From: Iphione sp. A-MEVVRFRX5
Taxonomy: Eukaryota
Assembly (NCBI GenBank): GCA_976226885.1
Contig: OZ320313.1
Location: forward strand, 70,866,001-70,930,000
Direction of reading: 5' to 3'
Length of the DNA stretch: 64,000 nt
Shown here one piece after another: positions 49,921 through 62,193 of the stretch. The notes under the pieces are model-generated. The model made no database searches and was not told the DNA's origin. It worked only from the letters and a program-made list of their open reading frames with translations. Every line of letters begins with the position of its first letter. Position 1 is the first letter of the stretch. A program made the translations under genes and the position numbers.

Positions 49921-52900
49921 TGTATACAAAACTCGGGAGAACAAGAAGTATGACCTATCAGGTCTATTGTCCCCCACCAATCATTCAATCAAGTGAAACT
50001 AATTGGTTCTACCCGGGTGAGCAGACTCTTTGCATGTCCTCAAGTGCTAAATTGTGTGTGAATGTGAGTGCGAGTAGACTGTCAGACTTCCCCAAAACCC
50101 AAAATGGGTATGTATGTGTGTGGCCAGTCAGACTGCAGTTTAGATAAGCCCACCCCACCCCCCCTATGAGGTGGGGGCAAAAAGCATCAAATATATAGCT
50201 AGGTGGGTGGGTGGGTAGATGGATAGATGGAGAGACAGCAGTTGGCTGTCTACCCCATCCCCAATAATTAACTTTCAGATTTACTTCGTTATACTAACAT
50301 ATTGATAACAATAGCATACAGTATCGCACCACATCTCTTTGAAGTAACTAGCAGGACAAACAGCGATTGACACGTACAGCTGGGAAAGGCAGGACCGAAA
50401 GACAGAGCCGGCCACGCTCTTTGAGGTAGCTAACAGGCTGCATGAGAATCTGCCATGGTCCATGTTAGGCGCGAACATCAGCGGGTAGAGTAGGCATACA
50501 CTCTGTGAGGTATCTCACAGCTGTGTTGTATATACTATCAGAATGATAATGAAAAGGCATAACATGTGCCTAATGCTAACTTTCAGGGAAAAAAGTGAGG
50601 TACTTGCAAACAAACGGCAGCATTGTACCAAACGATTACGAAGAAGATGGTGGTATCGACTGAATCTAGTCCAGTGAGTCGAGCGTGGGAGGATCTTTAT
50701 TAACAAATGATTTGTTTACATGACTAGAAAAGACTCCCCCGACCCTGTGGTATTCCATCTGGACTTGCTAAACAGCCAATACCGCCACGTTATGGAAAGC
50801 AGGCCTCTAGGTTTTTATCCTCCCTGGATATCCTTTCTTAATGGCTTGGCAAGGTCACTACATATATGTTCTACTTCCTTCTTATGTTCCTTTCCAGACT
50901 GCCTACCGCTTCACCTAAATACTTTTAAAAGAGACGGTAAATGACAGAACAATTTCCTACAAGCGCACAGGACGAAATTTTCGAGCTACCTCCTTTCTAA
51001 TAGAGAACGAGTGAAACCTCAACGAACGTGAGTTCACCAGCAGGAGAGTTTAGTCTGCACAGCCATGCACATTTTGCGTGTGGGAGCCTCTTTGACATTT
51101 GAAGGCTAATTCTGCATATTACGTCCCTAATCACAGAGTTACATACTAACATAATTACGTACATGTGCATTATGGGAACTGGGGTTGTTCGGTAATGGTC
51201 AGTAACATGTGTCGTTTAGTCTTAGGAAAATTTCTGATATATTAGCTTTTGTTAGGAACAGTCAATTTCATGTCAGAGACGGGCATTGTGCGATGTAATT
51301 TTGATTCAGCCTTCTGGTCTGTTAACGTTTCATGAGATGACAGCGTCTTTGATAGTTTGGTTCAATGAACATTGTCATACATGCAGTAACATCGAGGAAA
51401 GATATGCTACAATCAGAGATTCAGTAACTGCCATGATTATGTAAGGAAGGCAATGCCCAGCTACCTTCCATTTTTGAGAACATACGGACTGTCCAGAGAA
51501 TATACTGATGATAAAACTGCGTCTATGCCGAGTTATTTGAGTATCAGGTTGTTTTTTCCCCAGGAAAAGTATACAAACTCAACCCTACGAAGCATGATCC
51601 CCATTTTGCAGATCTATAAAAGGAAACTAATGAAGGGTGTATCATGAATCAATAAAACCATAAGTTTGTTCCACTGAACCTATGCTATATTTCATCTTCT
51701 CTCCATCATTCGTCTTACATTACCAAATGCAACTTTGTAATGTTGTATGAGCATTAGTGCTACTGATAATATGTGTGTGCATTCCTGACCAGTGTAAAAG
51801 AACAGCACGTTTGGACAGACGTACGGAGAGCCTACATCTGTTTTAAATCTATTACGAAAGCACTGAGGAATAGAAAACGCGATTTCATGATAGATTTAGA
51901 CGGGAAACCGGCGGAAATCGCTTTTTTCTAACCAGGAATTTCGGAGTAATAATGTGCGGTGCTATTACACGTTCGTAACCAAAAATTGAGCAAAGCGAGG
52001 AAACAAACGCCTTAAAAGATGTTTGGATTTAAGACCATACTCGTCCATGCAGGCATGACAGACTTGCGCTAAAGGACATGCTATTAATATGTGACGAATA
52101 AAAGGTGCCTGGCAGATTACTGGATTCTTCAAATGCTTTTTAAAGATAGACTAAAATGCGGGCAAAGATGTGTGACCACAAAGGAAACGCGACCTGAAAT
52201 CTGGACTGTTTTGGTCAGAACCCAACAGTCCCCAGCTGCGGCACAGTCTACTTCATATAATACATATATGTCTAAATCGTCTGGCCTACAACAATAGTGC
52301 AAGTCTCCTATTAGTCGTGACAGGGGTCTTTTAATTACTCTCCCACGTGGCCTGCTGCTATAACCTAGTGAAACACTACCCCTAGGCCTGTTATCCGACT
52401 CAGGTCGCAAACCAAGTGAACTTATGTGAGGGCAGAATGTATGATAGATTTTTAACGTGACCAACACTGGGTAATGCGAAATTGAATAGCGTGGTGGCCA
52501 GTCGGCAAAATGGAAGCTACGATCAACGTCAGGAGAGACACGATTGGTCTCGTCACGATATCTCATCAGGAGGGGGGAACGCTAGAGAGAGGGGTAAGGT
52601 GTCCTGATTGACGCCAAATAAGGCAACCGTCTCCAGAGGAAGGCACAGCTACAGTTTTATACACAATCACTTCCTCATCATTCGTTTTCTTTTGGCGGCC
52701 ATCAGACTCGCTCGCCTCACTGGCTTGTCTGATCCCGATTTACTTGTTGAAGAAGAAGAGGCTGATGGGTGTCCCACTACTTTATCACGTTCTGATGATC
52801 TCACCACATCGAAGCTCAAGGGCAGGACCCACCATCTGCAAACACCAGCTGTCATCTCGACAAAACACCCGCAAATTTTACGCCAGCAAGAAAAGCTGCG

Positions 52901-53853
52901 GGAAACATCTCTCAAACCACACCAGAAATATGTACTCACCAGGGGTCAATAACAGACACTCACATATTTCTTATATTTGTCCAACGCCTATTTTAACTGA
53001 AGTTCTTCGGACGACAGGTGCAACCTGCTATTAGTTGTTCTTACGAGTTTGCAGCAAAGGTTGTACATTTACATGTGCATTATAATTATCGAGCCATGTA
53101 TTACTAGTCGCGGTGAAAATGTTAATGCAGATTGGATTGGAAGTGAAATTGGAGTTACGTTCATCAAGCGTTATCTTCTGAAATGATCATAACTGTCCGC
53201 ATCAATTTAGAACAAATTTTGAAGTATTTCTGCGCAGCCTAACATCATGTCAAGTGCGTTTCTGGAGATAATTTGGAAGGCAGCTTTCGTGATATAAATA
53301 TTTCTTTAAAAGTTTCCTTCCCTTTTACAGTAATTACCTCCTTTTTAAAATGATGTCCTTAACTTTAATCTTCCGATATGCAGTGACTTTTTCTCTAGAA
53401 AAATTTAACTTTCGCTGACAGAAGTTAGTCACTAATGGACAATTAGCCACGTCGGGTTCGCAGACAAAGCTGTGCTGAAAAATGATTTACATCTCAGTTC
53501 TTCAGTGCTCCATCAGAAATTATGTGCGGCAGAGATTTATGTCCCATGTCAAAGACATTATTTGATATAAAGAATAAAGCACTTCAAGTATGTAAGTATT
53601 TGAAGTGGTCGTCCATCTCGTTAAATACCTACGATGATGTAGAATTGCACACCGAGTAAGCAGCGCAAGGTTTCACCCATGTATATGATTGTTACGACGC
53701 TAAGTGTGTGTGTCTCTCGCTGTCTGTCTTTGATGCAATCATGCAAGAGGGTCAGAAATTTAGTGCTTCTGCCCAACGGAGTGCAGCCTTCCAGACCCAA
53801 GAAACGCGATGGGGAACTGTGAGAGGAGAACAGATCTGCTAACGGTTGCCTAC

Positions 53854-53979
53854 CTGAGTGGAGTTGCCCATGAGTGCTGTGAGAAGGCCCATGGCCATGG
53901 TAACTGTTTCACTTTCAAACACACCCGTCATTTCGTCGTCCGTAGCGCGAAGAACAAAGACGCAACGTTCCAGCGTCAC
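53854..53979 (-). CDS. TANGO6: TANGO6 internal exon (42 codons, phase 0/0): VTLERCVFVLRATDDEMTGVFESETVTMAMGLLTALMGNSTQ
   Basis: Not in the ORF track; translated by hand. Acceptor tgtgtttatag| and donor CAG|GTAGGC; 126 bp open frame. Resembles the recalled vertebrate TANGO6 segment ATLQRAC...[22 protein letters not shown] and joins in phase to the 33929 exon. Confidence 0.85.
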
Positions 53980-56384
53980 CTATAAACACACCAGAAGCAG
54001 ATTAGTCATATTTTGACAATGCACTGACACATATGTAGCAGCTTGGTGCTGATCAGAGGGAGGGGTGTCTGGGGGCAAACATTTATGCTGGGCTTTGTCG
54101 GTTTGTGGGGATGGAGAGTTGGGAGTTCTAGCCCGGTCAAAAGAAATTATAATTCTTCCGATCGACAGCTCACATCGAAGGCATTACTGATTACTTCTCT
54201 CCTAAACTGAAATCACACCATTCATACATTCTTCTACAAAAATAATAGCACTATCTGGGAAGTACTTTGAAGGCTTTCGGAGGTCTGATACCTCGTTAAT
54301 AACGAAGAACTTCGAGCGTTCATCTGCGGAGACTTCACTTTCTCGTGGTTCATTCCACGTTCAAAATCGTGATTGAAACGTCAGCGACCTAAGGGAGACC
54401 TCCTCCCACCTCCATCCATTAGACCAACGATAAGAAAGAGTTACTAATTAGCTGGTTGGTTGACAAAAGCCTTCCCCTCATCTTTTATTTAGGCAGGTGA
54501 GGATGAGAACTTCCCCTTCTCGTTACATTCGGTGTCATTTAACAGTCTACCAACAATGGGATTATTCTTAATCAAATGAATTATTTAATAACCCTTAATC
54601 AGAGGTGGCTGATGCTCGACATTGTCAACTGAAACATGAAAATTTACATACAGACTCTCTTAACTTAGATAAGAAAGTGCCTGAAGTGCATATGGCCCGC
54701 AAGTAGTTTTGATCGAGGCATTTCAAAAAGTAAAATTAATATAAAAATCTCCTTATTTTATCTTAAACTATCTCATCATTTCAGCAATTTAGAAAAACCA
54801 TATAACACTGCAGAAGGCAACGAGGCGATTCTGAGTATAACGCATAAAACTACCATCAATAGCTTAGTCATTTCTATAGCTTTATACATGAAAATTCTCC
54901 TTCACTGGAAACGACCCTCAGTCACTAAGGCCAATGGCTTTGAAACTAAAATCACATCTCCATACATCAAGCAACGATTCCGTAGTCAGAACGAGCATTT
55001 CAAACCGAATTACGCCCTACGTTTTACGGTCGAATGATTCATTCAATACACCGAGTAAAGTTAGAAGACCCCGCTTACTTTTCCACCTTTTCACACGGGG
55101 CAACGCTTCGAGTAGTATGCCTTGCTGCAGGACTATCATCCAAAGGCAGCCTTAAGCACTGTTTGTCCGAATGTTATGCGGGGCCACAATAGTCCTCGCT
55201 GAATGAGAAGGGAAATATGAAGATTCATTACGAAAGGGCGGCCGAGCGGCGATGTGATCGTGTCTGGTCGTCCGATATTAGTTCGGCACTCGGAATATCA
55301 TTAGATGCAATATCATTCGAGGAGATAGTAGCATAAAAAAATTCATTGCGTCTATAAATACTTGCGCGCTGTGCCCTGCCAACTGGTAAGGCGTAATGAA
55401 GGGCTGTGATAAAGGAAAAGATCATAAAGGGAAAGGGGAAAAAATCATCCAACAGAAACCACATTCTATATGGTCAAGGCTGGTTTGCCTTATTTTGTGC
55501 GGTCAACATTGGTGTATTGGTGGTAATATTGGCAGCTCTTTCTGTCAATTGGCCACATTAACCTTACTTTAAAATCACTGGGAGAGCTGGCGTTCAACTT
55601 CAAGTGTACAACCATAAGAAATGTAACACTGTCGGAAAGGTCAAGCAGATTTATGGGGTTTCACGAATATCTCAAGCTTGGATATGACTGTCAACAATAT
55701 GAATCTCCTGTGGAGACTGTGCTAGCTCTCAAACCAAAACGCAAAGGAAAGCCATATTGTCTGCCTCCCCCAATTTCCCTGTTCATTTATTACTGATAAA
55801 AACACTTTTGATTCAATAAAGGATAAAATTGTTAAAACCCAAAAGAAAACAACAAAAGAAACATGGCAGGATCAGTTTCCAAAGATTATGATCTAGCTAG
55901 ACGGTAGCAATCTCCTTCACCTACAAACTGCGGGAGTAGATCATTTCAAAGCCTGACAAAAACAAAACTGATAAGAATCTCTACACAGTTCGATACGCAT
56001 CTACGTATGGCAGAGAGGGTGATATAAAGAGTTCGGCACAGTGTCGAGCTGCCACTGGGGAATTCAGGAGTGAATATTTGCATTCTTTAACTTGGGCATT
56101 GCACTTTATGGACACTCTGTTAAGGTCAGCTCCTCCTCCTCTCGTGTAGCGGCCCTGTCTACTTCTTCCTTCCCGCTTACTTTATAGCAATACTTCATCT
56201 CTCATGTTTGTTATCATGATGACAGAAAATATGTATGATATTGGAAGAAAGTATTTATTTGCTGTATACCCATTTCAAGTTTTAACAAATTCACAAACAT
56301 TACTGTATTAAAAGAGGTATACCTTTCTTTATTTCTCGCTTTTCTCCTATTTCGTTTTGTCTATGTTCCTTAAATCCCACTCCT

Positions 56385-56433
56385 CTCTCCCTTTCTCTCT
56401 CTCTGCCTCTATCTCTCTTTCTGTCTCTCTGTC

Positions 56434-56466
<33 letters not shown>

Positions 56467-56467
56467 G
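56385..56467. repeat. (CT)n/(CTGT)n compound microsatellite
   Basis: Directly visible in the sequence. Confidence 0.85.
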
Positions 56468-57022
56468 TTACATATAAATGAACCTCGTTTATGCTTCCTT
56501 GCTTCCCTTTTTCATGACTGATTGTACGATTAATAAATTCTGATGCAATACGCAAAATATTGTGGGTGATAAAACCCACTTTTCGATAAAGTACTCATGC
56601 TTTACAATGATTGCAGTCCCTACTGGATGTAAGTGTATGTTGAGGTGAAAGTTTACACGAAAAATGAAGTCTTTAGTCGTTTACAGAGCATACTGATCGT
56701 TAACGGGCGAACAGCTTTCTATTTCATCGATAACGAATGGACAAAACGATGCTTACAGACTGCTTGCGGCTAAATTTCCAGGTTTGCATGTTACGGTGCA
56801 GTGCAGCGCTGTGAAAAAATCTCATGGTGTCACCATGTTTTTACACAGGAAACAGGGAGAGAGTATATCATTGTTGGTGTTTTCACAGTACCGTAGCAAT
56901 GTCTTGAAATTTTGCTATAAAAAAACTGAAATTGTGCATTTTTTGAAGCATCGTCTTCAATTTGTGCCATAAAACTTGAAACTGTGCTGAAAGTGTAGAA
57001 ATGTATTTTTTTATTTCAAATA

Positions 57023-57196
57023 CAGTGAGACCTCTCAACTACGGACAGCAAAAGGACTGACCAAAAACTGTCTGTAAAGAGGGTTGTCCTCTATAGCAGG
57101 GCTATTTAAACATGATTAGATTTGGTTCTGTTTCCAGCCTGTACATAATGTGAGGTGTCCTTTATAGAAGTTGTCCTTTGTAGAGGGGTCCCGCTG
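57023..57196. mobile_element. Tc1/mariner-pogo/Tigger-type MITE (about 174 bp)
   Basis: TA|CAGTGAGACCTCTC ... GAGGGGTCCCGCTG|TA: imperfect terminal inverted repeats (11/14) with TA on both sides. Confidence 0.7.
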
Positions 57197-60100
57197 TACA
57201 CATCTAATATGGTTCATTTATCACCTAAAAAGAACCCTCTTTTCCTTTACTTCTATGCTAAACACAGCGCCACAACCACAAAAACTGAGACATATCCCAT
57301 TCTAAAAACACTATGACAAGGGCCAGCACAGATATACATGGAAACACTTCAGTAGATAACCATAGTCACAAAAAATTACGGTAATGACATGGCGACACAG
57401 CTTTGAAAACACGCAGTCTACTTAGTTCTCCCTCTGAATAAATCTACCAAGGAAAGACAAAGTTTTATAGTTTCTCAATCCAGACTGACTAACATTTTAA
57501 GTTCTGCTGCCCAAGCAATCGTACCTAAAGAATTGTTCACGGAAGAGAAAAACACAGAAAGACATTTCCGGTACCTACTGAGCTAATGTTCTTAATAGTG
57601 ATGGTCGTATTAAATATGTACGACATAGAACTCAGCCAGACTGAACGTGGAGGGCTGGGGTGGTCGTGCAGAGCAGGAGGCAATGAAAACAAAAAAGTAA
57701 CCAAAAAAATCCGTAGGGCAAGGCCGGATGGGTTTATTCTAGCTGCTGTGTAGTGAGGCCAACATAAGCAGGGCCTACTGGGAGCCCGCGGCTTCTGTCG
57801 TGAAGGTCTCAGTTCAGCTTAGCTCTGCTAAATCAGTTGTTGCGAAATTAAATCAATGCCTACAGTCCAGGGAGTCTCCACCGTCATAAATAGTGAGTAA
57901 GAACATGAGACTGCAATCATTAAATTCCCACCCTCTGGTACCCTTTTGAGACGGCAGCCTTGTGGGAAACTATGTAACGAAAATTCGGGGGCCCCTCATC
58001 CTGTGCCACTCAACAAAAGAGGGGCTTTTTCCCCGCTGTATCCAAGTCTTCGATCAATATGTCTTTATGGTATCAATTAATAATGCTGCTTACATCAGAG
58101 ACCGGCATCGGAGCTGGTGGTGGGCCGGCACCGAAAGTCTACCCGTCTAGACCTGAAATGCAGTCGATGTGAGCAGCGAGGGACCTGCGGGAGGCCGGAT
58201 ACGCCCCTCAACAGGGCTGGCCGTATCAGACAGGCACCGGCCTGAAACTGACAGCTGAGGGGTAAGCAAGTGGGAGGACGCAGCAAAACAACGGCCGCAC
58301 TGAGGCTTTACGCTAAATCCGGAAGGAGGAGGTGGCAGGGGGTGGGTGGGTACACCTTATACGGTGTGTGTGTATGTGTGAGTATTTGTGGGTGTCTGTG
58401 TTTGTGTGTACGGAGGGTGAGAGGATGGATATATGTATATACAGCCGCGGTGATTGATCACGTACGAATGGGAATGTAACCAAAATCGACCAGTTCATTA
58501 ATAATACATTGATGATGTGCCTAATTCCTAGTGTGTGTGATAAAGTCCGAATGACTCAATGCGTCCCTGGTTCGATAAAAACAGCAGCGCAGGAAAGTTT
58601 CAGAAGCTATATTAACATAGCTCTAAACATGCGTATTTCGGTTTGCCTTTGCTGGATGATAAACGTTTAAACCACGCTAGGTTCACCTCCACGAAGAGTC
58701 TGCGTGTTCCTTTGAGAAAGACTGAGCCCATTTTGTATGGGAGTATATGCATGCTCACTCCAACTGCCTCTCTATCCATAAAAGTACTGTACACAAGATG
58801 ATGTATATGAAGCTCACTTATTAAGTGGGTCAACGCAATACTGAGAAACGTTGTAAAGGCATCAATTTGCATTACATGACAAACTATGGGTGGCTGGCTG
58901 ATTTTACCTACAGTAAAATATGTAGAAGTCCTGAATAACCGTTATAAATGGATGTTACATTGCCTGCGTGTCTCGCTTTGCTTGAGGAAGTTCATTCGTC
59001 TGGACAAGACGTTGCACACTGTAAAATTAGTAAGATAAATTATCCCATAGTACTTCCGGGATATGTTGTTACAACACCACTAGGGCAATAGATAAGCTGC
59101 TGGCAATGTTTTACACGTCGGTCGTTGAGTGAAATTACCTGTTGTAAAAAAAGACACCAAGAATACAAATCTATTGCTGCCCTTTAATTCGAAATGGCCT
59201 ATAAATCGTGGAACACTGGTTCACTGATAAAAATTGTGACTCAACGATCCGCTTCAATGATTTAACTATCAATCAGTATGTTTTCGTTTTCGGGTGCACA
59301 TTATGGGTAAAAACGGATGACTGTCCCTCTCCCTAAAGATGGCTGTTTCATCACCGCTTTTTACTCTGCCGGAAACATATATCAGGCTTTATTACTTGTC
59401 CCCGACGGGCCCCGTATACCATGTTTTATGACAGAGGGTATCTAGTTACAGGCAGTAGAATGTCTATCAGGATTAGATGGTATTGGTAGGATTGGTCACA
59501 TGAGGAGAAGCACGAATTTGTTAAACCACTCCTCATTATGGCGTGCTCGCAATACAAACTCATGCAGCTGGATGAGGGACGCTTAAATAAGAGACAGGCT
59601 CTGACAATATAGCTACATGGAACATGGTGATCATTTCCTATGTATGCTGATTAGGTTGTCTAATAACTATCTCCACATGATGCATTTTAGAAAAATATTT
59701 GACCAAATATACATGTATTATTATTTGAATTGCTTTTCCTGATAGGTATACAACATCAGCACACTGGTTGGATTTCAGCTGATCGATTGCACGTTGCCAT
59801 GTAACTATTCTTCATTGTTCTCCGTTTAATTCAGACCTTGCAAATGTATATTTGTCTTGGGAATTATTGACCAGAGTACGGTAATATTACAATACATTTG
59901 TTACCGTTTTAAGGCATTTATTTTTCTGTAATGTGTTTAGTATTGTATACATTTATGGACATTTTGGGGATATTCTAATTGATGACATACAGTTTACATC
60001 GTGCATGTATATTGACAGACCGCTTCTAATCATGGGACATTTCGACTGTCCGATCAGGGTGGTCCTTTCCAAATGGTAGTGGGAGTTTCAACTACAGACA

Positions 60101-60461
60101 ATCAAACATTCTAACAATGAAGTAAATGACACCCCTGAGTATCTCTTGAAATATTACAGATAGAATGAAATGCCTTTAGACCCATAGATAAGCCATATCA
60201 GTGATGATTCACCCCAAGTGTGGTAATTCTATACGTTCTGAGGGGCCATATATAAATGTCTGAGGCCTAGATATATTTATACTAAGTTCTCTGGTAGTAG
60301 GTAGGCAATTCTCATTATATGTAGAGCTTTCTAGTTATGCCTTTTATTATTGTCTTGCAATGTTCACTGCATTTTTAATTTGACATCTGAAAGTTGCTTT
60401 CTCAACTTCTGTATATGCTATCTTCATGTGTAGTTTCGGCTCACATCATACATATACATGT

Positions 60462-61058
60462 GCAGTCAACACCTGTGTAGGTGACTACTTGGTTGACTGG
60501 ACGAAAGTGGTCGCCTCTGAGAGGGGTCCCCTCAGGTGATGAACTCTCTGTCTCTCACCCAAGGTCATTAGACAATTGTTGAATATGACCACTAGAAGTC
60601 CTAAAAGTGACGAATTTGACGAGTAAGTGTCCAAAAAGAGCTGAATTTGATGAGTAAGAGCCCAAAAAGTCATTTTAAGAAAGAAGCTGGCAGGTTTCAC
60701 ACCTACCCCAGATACTGGGCACGAGGTCCTGTCTGTCCCGGTCATGCCTGTGTGAGTTGAAGTATCAAGAAATTGAAGAATTCATGCCTCCTGCAGGTGT
60801 CAGGGGCGAGCGCACACCTCTCCTGGGTGAAATATGCCACTTCTTAAAATGGTGACATTTGGTCGCCCCTGGTGGTGACACATACCCTTGTCGTTCTTAA
60901 AACAGTGGTCTCTCCCCAGAGTTGGTCACCCTGGCAAGTGGTTGCCTCTGTGAGTGAATTGCATATAGGACAGGTTGAGAAAATAGATCCTTTCTGGGCG
61001 AAAACGGTCACCCCAAGCGATTGGTTGGCTCTGGTGGTTGGTCGCTGAGTGACGACTG
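60462..61058. mobile_element. Composite of Tigger-like MITE remnants
   Basis: The right end ggtcgctgagtgacgactg|TA and recurrent tggtc(g/a)cc motifs resemble CAGT-ended MITEs. A left-end-like cagtcaacacctgtg lies at about 60462. Confidence 0.3.
60595..60672 (+). repeat. 31-bp tandem subrepeat, copy 2 (same family as 18734-18807)
   Basis: cctaaaagtgacgaatttgacgagtaagtgt / ccaaaaagagctgaatttgatgagtaagag, period 31. Confidence 0.75.
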
Positions 61059-62134
61059 TATAATACATAAACATATAAGAAGGTCATTATTACGATTTCT
61101 ACTCTACTGACTGAAGCCCTCTCCAGTACCATAACTTCTGTCTGCTAATCATCTCTACACCATTCATATCAACATAATCTGTACTTGCACAATATCGGCA
61201 TCTCCTGTTTGCTAATGTGGGCTTAGTAGGTGGTGCACAGTAAGAAGGGCAGCGTGAAGGCGACTGGAAAGAGGCGTCAACATCGCAAGTAGGCATATTC
61301 AGGACATGCCTGTGTCCTGTCGTAAAAAACGCATACCATTCTGATGAGTCTATATCTGCTGTGGCCGTTCCTTTTTACAAGTGACAAAGTCAACAAATTT
61401 ATGGCGTGATTGGTGACTATTTCTGTCGTGGTGTCCCTCGATAACCTTAGCCTCTGATCTAAATGTTCAAGTAGAGCATGCTCTGTGTCCCTCACCTCCT
61501 GCTCGACCTGATGTCCGAGGTGGTTACGGACGCTGCAGTGTACGAACGTCCCATAATAATCATATAGCAAAATATTGGACCTTTGCCTTTACCGTGATGT
61601 TCATATTTCGCACGGAACGATGCTAGCATTATGATGTAATAGTAATAAGACATGATAAGGATTGAAAACAGTAGTTTAAGAAACGTGGAGGTGATACCCA
61701 TGAACATTTCAGGCAGTTATAAACCCAAATCAAATACATGATATACACATTAATGCATTCATGCACACGTGTGCGTACAAATACACATGCACGCACATCA
61801 GAAAGAAAGGCGACAGAAGAATAAGCAAGCTCAGTATGAATTCCAATGAAATGTACACTAAAATACTACAGATTATGTGCTCTACATGAAATACACATGT
61901 ACAGATATATCTCTATTATCGACGTATATATACTCCAGAAATCACTTCGTTGTAAGACACTTGGTAAACAGAAGCATAATATATTACCATATGGGATTTG
62001 ATCTGTAATGGCTACTTTTTACACTGTTGATCCTGACTTCGTGACAAAGAAGTTACGTTCTCAGAGGATTCATTAAGAGAAGTACACCTGTACAAAACAC
62101 AATCATTTCTAAGAAACTGACAGGATTTATTGGA

Positions 62135-62193
62135 TCTTTAATATCCAATTTATTGTCTTGTGGTTCTTTAATATCCAATTTATTGTCTTGTGG
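62135..62193. repeat. 30-bp tandem duplication
   Basis: tctttaatatccaatttattgtcttgtgg occurs twice in tandem. Confidence 0.85.

Noticed and set aside
52667-52939. Minus-strand ORF or alternative terminal exon near the 53854 exon
   Set aside because: The phase-0 reading from the best acceptor stops after 16 codons; no homology or other support.
55353-55392. TATAAATA followed by a GTAAG donor as a nested promoter and first exon
   Set aside because: The implied first exon would be only a few nucleotides; no other support.
60041-60051. 11-mer identical to the left arm of the LINE 3' hairpin (TTCGACTGTCC)
   Set aside because: No second arm, tail or flanking homology; consistent with chance.
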